64,000 bases of DNA. Source: Lama glama. Taxonomy: Eukaryota. The notes below the pieces were generated by a model, which did no database searches, was not told the origin of the DNA, and saw nothing but the letters and a program-made list of their open reading frames with translations. The DNA lies in the NCBI GenBank assembly GCA_028534125.1, contig CM052817.1:11162001-11226000 (forward strand), in the 5' to 3' direction. The translations under genes and the position numbers were made by a program. Within the stretch, counting starts at the first letter, position 1. The number at the start of each line of letters is the position of its first letter. Positions 52,779 through 64,000 of this stretch are shown here, piece by piece.

Positions 52779-54871
52779 TTAAAGTTTCCCTGCATTGCGA
52801 GTTGACCAAATCGGGCCCTCAGAAGTGCCGGTGAGCCCAGAATGTGGCTGAAATGAAAACCGGCCCAACTCTCCACCTGCGTGCTGCTCCCAGGCGGAGG
52901 CCGTGCCGGCTGTCTCTCCGCCTACGGACGCTGACGGCCCTGCTGACATGCTGGCTTCCTCCACCAGCCCAGGAGCCGTCCTGGCAAGGACCCGTCTCCC
53001 CTTCGTCTTCCCAGTCCCATGACCCCGAGCGCAGTGGCTGGGATTCAGTAGGCGCCAAATGCACACCTGCTATGAAATGATGCTTGAATGCCAGTGGTTC
53101 AGACAGAAATACAGATTTGTCCGACATTAAATCAGAGGGGTCAGGGTCACTCCCTGATGAGTGAATGTCGCAATTTTCAAGTCCAGGCAAACATGCCTGA
53201 AGGCTTGTGCATCTGTTCATTCCACACAAGGACTGAACAGGAGTGTGTGGCCCAGGCCCCGGACCTCTTGCTTCCTGCCCTGGGGTCTGCATGGTGTGGG
53301 ACCCCTCTGAGCACCACCTGGCACTCACACCCTGGTTAGGGTCCTGTGAGGCCACCCCTGACTAATGGGAGAATGAGAAGGAAATCCCTCTGTCCTTGGC
53401 TGGGACGAATTTGAGAATTATTTCATGGGGCTCCTCAGAAGATCCCAGCGGCTGGAACACCGCTTACCTGCAGTGGCGGCCTCCTTGGGAACCCATCCTT
53501 CTACTGCACCCGCATCACTCCTGCTGCCTGGGGCTGGTCCTCCTTGTGTATGTATTTCTTCTCTGCGTGGGATATTGTGTGAGGCCTGGCTGTTCCTCCC
53601 AGAGAGTTCAGGGCTTCCCTCCAGTGAGGTGAAGGTCAGGGCTGGCGTGTGGATCACCAGGTATGGTCTCATCCACCCAGCCCGCTTCTCTATCCATAAC
53701 CCTCGGGGGAGCCTGTCACTGTGGAGAGCCCAACATTGGACCCTCCAGCCACCAGCTGTCATCATCCCACAGTCCTCGTCCCCTTCCACAGGTACAGGTG
53801 GCTCCCACTGGTCTAGAACATGGAACAGATCACGTTCTGTCTTCCATCTGCTGGACTTTACCCACCAGGATGATCTTACTGTGATTCACACTTGTTCGTA
53901 ATGCTCACGAAACATGGGAATCGAATTAGGTGCTTGGTACCACCAAAATCCAAAATGAACGACCCCATGTTCCTGCGATCTTTGGCAGGGCTGGGACATC
54001 AACTAATCATGGCCATTGGAAACCCTGGTGGAGACCCTACTGTGTGCAGAACTGTGTGCTGAGTGCGGGAGGCGGGGTGGGGATGAGATGAAGCAGACAT
54101 GGCTGCTCTCACGGGACTCCTGATCCAGGAAGGAAGGAAGCAAGGACACCTGTGAAATGCCGGGTCCCTGACGGCATGGGCAGTAGGTGCCAGTGCCAGC
54201 TGAGCTGTAGCAACAGGAAGTGCTCCAGGGGCTCACAGGTGTGGAGGGTCCCCAGCGTGGAGGGCTGGGCGGGGCCCTGAAGCGGGAGGAGGGGTCCCAG
54301 GCAGGGGGCAAAGGCCCTGAGGGAAGGTGCAGAGCCCACGTTTGGCACAGAGGGCGATACACTGGAGATTCGAACCATGGCCAGTGGCTGAAGGCTTTTC
54401 AGTGTCACACCCAGCATCTGGAGCTTACTCTGATGGGATTAGGGAGCCACTGAAGGCTCTACACAGGCGCGCGTTAGATGAGGACCTGAAGCCATCTGTG
54501 GTGGGCCGAGGAGAGAGGCCTGGGCTGTGAGGAGTCACTGCGCTCAAATTATGGACGGGCAAGGAGGGGGCTGAGTCTGACCAGAAAGTTCAAGGAGAGT
54601 CAGCATCTGGTGACAGAAAAGCAGCCCCCACCCATGGGAACAGGGAGGGCTGGACAGGGAGTCTGTCTGGGAAGGTGTTCGTGAAATCCCCTGCAGGCCC
54701 AAAGGAGTAACCCCGACGGGCTGTCTCCAGGCCTGTCTGGCACCAACCCCCTGAGATGCTATTGTATCTGAATCAAAAATAACACACTGCACTTAAAACT
54801 TAAAGATGGGAGGCTGCAGGCTCGTCAAGTGTCCCCCAGGCCTGTGGAAGGGGAGGGTCTTCCCCATTTCA

Positions 54872-55219
<348 letters not shown>

Positions 55220-55799
55220 TCAAGAGAACAGTAACAACAGTATCATGTGCAGAGCATTAACTCTGCTAAACCCTAGACAACTGTTTTCACTTAAGCCCTA
55301 CAACCATGCTCTCCAGGATCATCCTTCCCATCTGATGATGCGGGAAATGTTGACACTGCTGCCAACTCTAAAGGAGACAAAACATTCACAGGTTCTTCTC
55401 ATGCGTATAACAAGTTCTTGGCTGGATTGTGGAGACGGGAGATGACAGAGCTGACATGCAGTGAGCAGCACATACTGTCTAATAAAAACTCAACCAAGCA
55501 GCAGGTAGATCATATTCATATATAGAGGTTAAGAAAATGCTCTTCCCAGAATTCTCTTAAGGAGAGCCCTGTCTGGGTTTGAAAAAAATGTTAAAAAGAA
55601 AAAAAAAAGCCAATACAGTCTTTAAAACTAGGCTGCAAATAAGGAGGGCATCTGTCTTGCTATTAAGAGTGGGAAAGAAGATGAGTGTAAAGGAAAAAAT
55701 GAGGGAGAGCAATGATCTACAAAAATGGAGAGCGGCCCCTAGAATCAGCCACGCGATGCTGGAACGTTCAGTAATAACACTTACATAGTGGATATAGTG

Positions 55800-56015
55800 C
55801 ACACTTACATAGCACATCCTGTGTCCCGGGCTCTGTTCTAAGCACTTCCCATGTATATACGCATGTAATTTTAACAACAAGATGGATACTATTATTATTC
55901 CCATTTTACAGATAAGCAACTGAGTCACAGAGCAGTTAAGCAACTTGCCCAACGTCACACAGCTGGTGAGTATTAGAGCTGGGCTTCGAGCCCAGGCAAT
56001 GTGGCTCTGGAGCTC
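55800..56015 (-). mobile_element. MIR SINE (others at ~50-200, 29470-29640, 45920-46120, 49780-49960, 59740-59950)
   Basis: Core ccattttacagataagcaactgagtcacagagcagttaagcaacttgcccaacgtcacacagct. Confidence 0.75.
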
Positions 56016-56233
56016 TTTGCTGCCTCTGGTAACTTCCAGAAAGCTTTGTGTGTCGGGTTTCTGCTGTGGGAACTGAAGAGGAGGCGAGTTTCGTGCTGGG
56101 GATAACGTGGGGGCGGGGAAAGGAAGCAGAGGAACGTGCAGGAGCCCGGAGGCCGAAGTCCCCGAATTTGCAGAAACCTTCAGAATGGAAACGAGAGGTT
56201 GAGGCCATCTCATTAAACTCTCCTGAAGGCTCA

Positions 56234-56791
<558 letters not shown>

Positions 56792-57094
56792 TTACTCAGC
56801 CGTGTACTTAACGTGGATCATGTCTTTTGATGCTTTCGGTGGTCCTGTAAGGTACATGCCATGAGCTATCATCTGATGAATGAGGCACCTGAGGCACAAG
56901 GAAGCCGAGGGACGGCCTAAGCTCCCAACCCTTGTCAGTGGCAGACCCAGAATTTGGCCCCAGGCATCCCACCCTGAACCACAACCTGTATGGCTGTATG
57001 TCTGCTCTCTCCAATGAGAATGGCAACCTGAGTCTTTATATATATGTATTTCACATAATAGAGTAGTATCCTATTCTATATTTATCTATCTATC

Positions 57095-57527
57095 CATAAA
57101 AAGAATGAAATCATGCCATTTTCAGCAACATGGATGGACCTATAGATTATCATACTAAGTGAAGTAAGTCAGAGAAAGAAAAATATCATGGTATTAATTA
57201 TATGTGGAATCTAAAAAAGATCATACAAGTGAATTATTTACAAAACAGAAACAGGCTCACAGACATAGAAAGTAAACTTACAGTTACCAAAGGCGAAAGG
57301 TGTGGGGAGGGATAAATTAGGAGTTTGGGATTAGCAGATATAAACTACTATATATAATATAGATAAACAACAAGTTCCTACTACATAGCACAGAGAACTA
57401 TCGTCAATAACTTGTAACAACCTATAATGAAAAAGAATATATACATGTATAACTGAATCACTGTGCTGTACACCAGAAACTAATGCAACATTGCAAATCA
57501 ACTATACTTCAATTCAAAAAAAAAAAA
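57095..57527 (+). mobile_element. L1 3' end (artiodactyl type)
   Basis: aaaagaatgaaatcatgccattttcagcaacatggatggacc...catactaagtgaagtaagtcaga...poly(A). Confidence 0.85.
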
Positions 57528-59874
57528 GCAATTGCCAGAACCAGGAAGCCTCCTTTCTCCTGCAAGGTGCCTCCAGCGCCCTCTACTGACAAAGCCTAAC
57601 ATTGTGCTCTTCACAAAGAGGAGAAATGCTTAAATCACCATTGCAAGCAGGTACGGAAGGGTGAATTGAGAACTGAGACACATAAATTTATAACAGAAGG
57701 TAAACTTCCTAATATTTCATATAAATGATGATATTTTTATTCAATGATCACACTTGTTAATAGTTTTAATTTAATTTGTCAAAATTACTTCATTATCTCC
57801 TAGCTTCCCTGTGGCTGTTGAGATGTCTGGTGATGTTCAGATTCAAGCACCTTGAGCTGGTATCACTTTTCCTCACTGGGAGCTTTTGGAATTTCTTGTT
57901 TCGCTGGTGTTCTGGAGTTTCGAGATGAGCCCAGGTAGGGGGGTTTTCTCATTTCCTTCTAGGAATTTTATTCTGATATTTCTTTGAAAATGTCCTCCCC
58001 TCCATTATCTTTTTCTGGAACTCCTATCTGTTAGACGTCAGCCTCCTGGGCTGAGTTTCTACACTTCTTGTTCCTTCTCTCCCATCATCCATTTCTTTGT
58101 CTTTCTACTTTGCTTTCTGAAAGATTTCTTCATTTTTTACATTTCAACTCATTTACTGATTTTTTAGGATTTCTACTATCCTACTTTTTTTAATTTAAAA
58201 AGAGCTCTTTCTTGCTCTAATTGTCCCCTCCTTTGCAAATAACGTGTTGTCCTTGTTTCATGGATGCAAATCTAATCCTTCATTCTGAGGATATAAATCC
58301 TTATTGAATTTCTTTTTCTTTTTCTGTTCCCTGCATTAACTATTTCCTTTGAACTCATTCTTTTCCTCTTGATTATCCTGGATTCCAACTCCCCCATTAG
58401 AGGCTTTCTCAAAAGTTTAGTAATCTTTGGCTGTGTCTTCGTATTTAAGAGTGGGGCACTGGAGGCTATTTGGAAGCTCCACCTCTGCCTGGGGTGGCAC
58501 GGGTGGCGGGGCGGACATCTGTGGGATGGTGTGCTCCTCTGGGGATCTAAGTTCTAGCTGCTCGGTTTCTGGAGCTGTGCAGGAGAAGGCATTGCCGGGG
58601 GCGGGACAGACGTGGCAGCAGTCCGTCTAATAATGGCTCAGTAAGCAGATTTTCACCTAAAGCTGTTCCCAAACCCAAGCATCATCCCAGCCTCTGAGAC
58701 TGATTATTTCTTAATTCGAAGTCTTTCTTCGGCTTAGTTTATCCAGGGCTTCCCCCCTTTTCTCCTCCCCTGTCTCCTGTCCTTAAACAAGAGAATAAAT
58801 AATTGCTTGACTGTGCTGGGTGGGCTGGAATCTGGGCTTCGAGGTAAGTCATATGCTCCGTCTCACTCTTGCCTTCCATTTTAACTGGTGCCTCCAACTC
58901 CTGGCCTTTCTGAGCTCGGCTGTCAGCTTGATTCTCATCATTCTCTATCTTCAGGCACTCTGGTCTGAGCTTCTCTGCTCTGCAAGGTCATATGCCATTT
59001 CCCCATTTGCTTCCTGTCTTCATGTATGTGGTTCGAGTGTACAGATGTCTCCTAGCTTCATCTGAACAGAATATGCTTCCACTGTGTGTCTTTATTGTTA
59101 GATCGTTTCCAATAGAAAAGAATTTTAAAAATTTTACTCTACCACCTTAAAACCAGAAATCTCATGTTTTTTCATTTGACCAGCTGGACGTCTCAAAGAA
59201 ATGGGCATCAATATCCCCAATTTATAGAAGAAGAAATTAAACTTGAGACGCTAATTCAATGAGAAGCTTGACTATATGCCTACTCTGAGTTCGGAGAGAA
59301 TTCAGTGATGAACAGGCAGAGATGGTTCCTGGCCTCAAGGAGCTTCCAGTCTGGTGGATTTGATCATATAAAGAAGGAATTAGTTAGAGGGTGAAGACTG
59401 CTGTGGCTTCATCTCAGGAAAGAGCAGGGAGGGGAGGCCTTCAGAGAAAGCAGAAGGTAGAGACGACAGGTGGCAAGGGCTTGACCCTCCCTGCTGGGTC
59501 ACACATCTTCATGCCTGACTGCTCCATCACTGCTTTCCAAGCCTTTCGGAAGGTCTTTTCTGCTGAGCTGATCTTTCAACACCGGGCCACCCTCCCACCC
59601 TCCCCTTTTCAGCTGCCAGGCTGAGCCTGACTCCTCAGCACACATCGTGCACAACATGGCCCAAGTCATGAGAGCAAGTTGTTCTTAAGATATCAGGGTC
59701 ACGTGCAGATCGGGAAAAGCAATACCAGAAGCTCAGCAGACCTGAATCTGTATCCTTGCTTCCTTGCTTTGCCACTTGCTAGCTGTGTGACCCTGAGAAA
59801 AATTACTGAACCTCTCTGAGCCTCTTTCCTCATCCAGGAAAAGGGAATTTGATAATAATGACTCTGTACGATTA

Positions 59875-60378
<504 letters not shown>

Positions 60379-60795
60379 TCACAGCTGCCAGGTAAGAGGT
60401 AGAAGGGCTGGGACATACGCCACCCAAGAGAAATCAAGAGGGGACCAGGAACCCCTCCAGAGATCTACACGGAGCCTCCCTCGCCGGCCCCATGTGCTCA
60501 AATCTCACTTTCTTTTGGAAGCTTCCTGATGATCCTATTTGGCATTGTACCCACCCCCTCACTGCCAGACAGCCTCCCAACCCCCTTTATCCTGCACTGT
60601 TTTTTCTTTTTCCTGAAGCCCTTAACATCTTCTCATCTACTCTGTGCTTTGGCTATTTCTTCTGTCTAGTATTTACCGTCTGTACCACTTCCTTAGTGGT
60701 ACATTACACGCCCCGTAATGCAGGATTTTCGTCTGGTTTGCTCTCTGATGCTATCCAAGCACCTAGAAGAGATCCTGGCTCATAGTAGGCACTCA

Positions 60796-61140
<345 letters not shown>

Positions 61141-62554
61141 TCACAAAAGATCCCAGGCTGGACATGACATGACCACCCTGATAACATCTCAGCTGCTCGG
61201 GCTGGGAGGAGGGAGCTCCACAGGCAGCTAGGGGAACAAGAGACATCTTACCTAGATGTAAAGACGCGACTTGACAGACAAATTCTAAGTGCTGTTGTAC
61301 CTGGCATATTGTCAAGATTCAGCTGGAACCACCAGATACCTGCTTCGGTGGATGCTGAATAAAAGGCGATCAATTGTCAGAATGACTGAAAGCTTAGGGT
61401 TACTTACATGGGGTCCTTGGGGAATTCAAAAGAAGTCTCTAAGGTCTAATTTCACAACTCTTCCTGCACATGGAAAAAATTATGAAACAATGATGCTCTA
61501 CTTGAATACAGTACTTTACACTTTTCAAAGCGCACTCATAACTTTTATGGCTGTCCCCAAGCATACACAGGAGGATTATAAATAGGCCTTTATGTGTTTG
61601 TAGCAGGAAAAAGACGACGCTGGTTTAAAGCTGCAGTAGTCTCTGCGTTCTAGAACAGATGCTGACAGATATTTTTGGAGAAGGCTTTCTCGTACTCAGT
61701 TCCAAGCTTTTAAAACTGCTGAGAAGCTCAAACCTGATTGGCTGAGATTGTAAAGTTAAGTATTTATCCTGTTTAACAGCGTAAAAGGATGCTGCACAGA
61801 GGGCCTCTCTGCGGTGACTGCTGGGACGTTGGTGCCATTTTGCTTCCTCTGCCAGAGACATTAGGCCAGAGGCTCAGAGGTTAGGGAGCTGGGGCCCTGG
61901 ACCGTGAAGAAAGGCCGTGAGAGGGGAGGCTCTGGCTTGGCAGAGGTGAGAAGGCCCAGCATTGTGGACAGTCAGAGGGAATCCCTGGGAGGAAGGGCAG
62001 GATGCCAGGACAGCACAGCAAAGTGGTTGGGAGCATGGGCACCAGTGCCAGGCTGCCCAGGTTCACGCTCCAGCCCTGCAGTGCTGCTGCGCGGCCCTGC
62101 GCGAGCTCTTTAACCTGTCTGGGCTCCCTCACCTCAACATGCGGTTCATACTGGTCCCTTTCACATGGATTGTTACAGGATTAATAGGGCAAATATCTAA
62201 AAACGCTTAACACTGTGTCTGGCACATAGTAATAATCATATAAAGAACTGACCAAACGTTTAAGAAAGAGAGGTTTCTTTCTCTGAATCTTAATTCTCAA
62301 AAAAGTTATCCTCAACTTTTTTGAAGACGTGCTAAACATAATCGTATTTAAGGAGCAGTAAAGGGGAGATACCTTGGTCTGAGCTCTGGGTACGAAACAA
62401 ACCAAGGGTTAGGAGACAGCCGGAGGTGATCAACAGTCACCCAGTCTAGAGCAAGGGTGACAAATGGCGGTAGCAGATCGGAGGTGTGGAATAGGTAAAC
62501 TCTCCCTCACGATCCCTGGGGAGGGGACTGGACTTTCTCCCAGGGCCCAGTCAT

Positions 62555-64000
62555 TTTTTTTAAATGTTATATTGAGGTAAAGTTTACAGTAGTGAAGTGC
62601 ACAGACCTCATGTGTACAACTGAATGAGCTTTGACAAATGTACACAACCATAATACCAACACTTCAGTCAAAATATAGAACATTTTCATCACCCAGAAAC
62701 CTCCCTTGCATCCTCTTCCAGTCAATCTGCCATCCATCGGCAGCCAAGGCTTTGATTTGCATCACCACAGATTAGTTTTGCCTGATCTGAAGCATCATAC
62801 AGGCAGAATCATGTGGTACATACTCTGCTGTGTCTGACTTCTTGGGCCATACATGATGTCTCTGGGACTCAACCATGCTGTTGTAAATGTCAGTAGTTCC
62901 ATTTTTGTTGCTGAGTAGTATTTCATTACATGAATTTACCATGATTTGTTTACCCACTTTCCTACTGATAGACAGTTCAATTCTTTACACTTTAGTATGA
63001 ATAAAGCTGTCAGAAATATTCTTGTACAAATATTTTCATGGATACATGTTTCCATTTCTTTTGCTTAAACACCTAGGATTGGAATTACTGGTAGGTATAC
63101 ACTTAACTTTTTAAGAAACTAATAAATGGTTTCCCAAAGTGGTTGCACCATTTTATACTCCCACCGACAATGCATGAAAGTTCCAGTTGCTCTTCATCAT
63201 TGGCAGCATTTTGTGTTGTCAGTCTTTTCATTTTAGCCACTCTGGTAGGTGGGAAATGGTATCTCATTGTGGTTTCAAGTTGCACTTTGCCGATGACTAA
63301 TGACGTTGAGCACACATTCATGGGCTTATGGACCATTTTATATCTTTTTTATGGAAGTGTCTCTTCAAGCATTTTGCCCATTTAAAAAGTAGGCTGGCTT
63401 TTTATTGTTGATTTATATAGGTCAGTGGCTTGTCTATTCATTTTCTCAGTGGTATTTTTTAATAAGCAGAAATTTTAATTTGGATGAAGACCAATTTATG
63501 AATTTTTTCTTTATTAGTATTTCCATTCCTAAGAAATCATTTCCTACTCCAAATTTGCAACAATATTCTCCTATGCATTATAGTTTTAGCTTTTATGTTT
63601 AGATCTATGAAACAAATTAATTTTTATGCATAGGGTGAAGCAGAGGCTGATGTCCATTTTTTCTCATATGTTTATGAGTTCTAACACCATTCGTTGGAAA
63701 ACTTTTCCTCTCTCCATTGAATTGCTTCAGCACCTTTAACAAAAATTAATTGGACATCTTTGAGCAGGCCTATTTCCAGGCCCTCCATTATTTACCACTG
63801 ATCTATTTGCCTATCTGTACATTGATATCAGATAGTCTTTATTACTCTAGCTTCATTGTGTCTTGAAATTAGGAAAGTTTAAGTCCTCCAGCTTTGTTCT
63901 TCAAGATTTTTTTCTTTATCTAGCTCCTTTGTTTTTCCATATCTATATTCAAGCAGCTTATTTACTTCTATAAAAAGAAATATTGGGATTTTATAAGGGA
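62555..64000 (-). mobile_element. L1M fragment in a FAM184B intron
   Basis: Antisense L1 3'/ORF2 motifs; minus-strand ORF 63103-63336 (TTMRYHFPPTRVAKMKR) resembles the L1 ORF2 C-terminus. Confidence 0.85.

Noticed and set aside
55557..56213. 218-aa minus-strand ORF
   Set aside because: Passes through a MIR (LTSCVTLGKLLN..LICKMGII); repeat-derived

Overview
Mammalian genomic DNA, probably camelid (two tRNA-derived Vic-1-like SINEs), covering the LAP3-MED28-FAM184B locus. LAP3 (+) exons 1-7 lie at 15662-25632; exons 8-13 are not found and probably fall in a 500-N assembly gap (28952-29451). MED28 (+) is complete, with 4 coding exons at 32432-39101 (178 aa). The last ten coding exons of FAM184B (-) lie at 61117-45054, convergent with MED28. 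The rest is mostly L1, L2, MIR, LTR/ERV and DNA-transposon relics. The most notable unexplained segment is about 13.5-15.0 kb, head-to-head with the LAP3 CpG island. Its minus-strand translation shows ordered motif similarity to the N-terminal part of bornavirus L polymerase, possibly preceded by a G transmembrane remnant, making it a candidate endogenous bornavirus-like element. That match rests on a recalled viral sequence and needs a homology search. Other observations: a ~95% identical local duplication of an L2 end, an IRF/GAS motif cluster around LAP3 exon 2, a YY1 inverted repeat over the MED28 ATG, an ERVL RT relic, and a young L1 with a perfect 16-bp TSD. Exon numbering and human comparisons come from recalled gene structures, not database searches.
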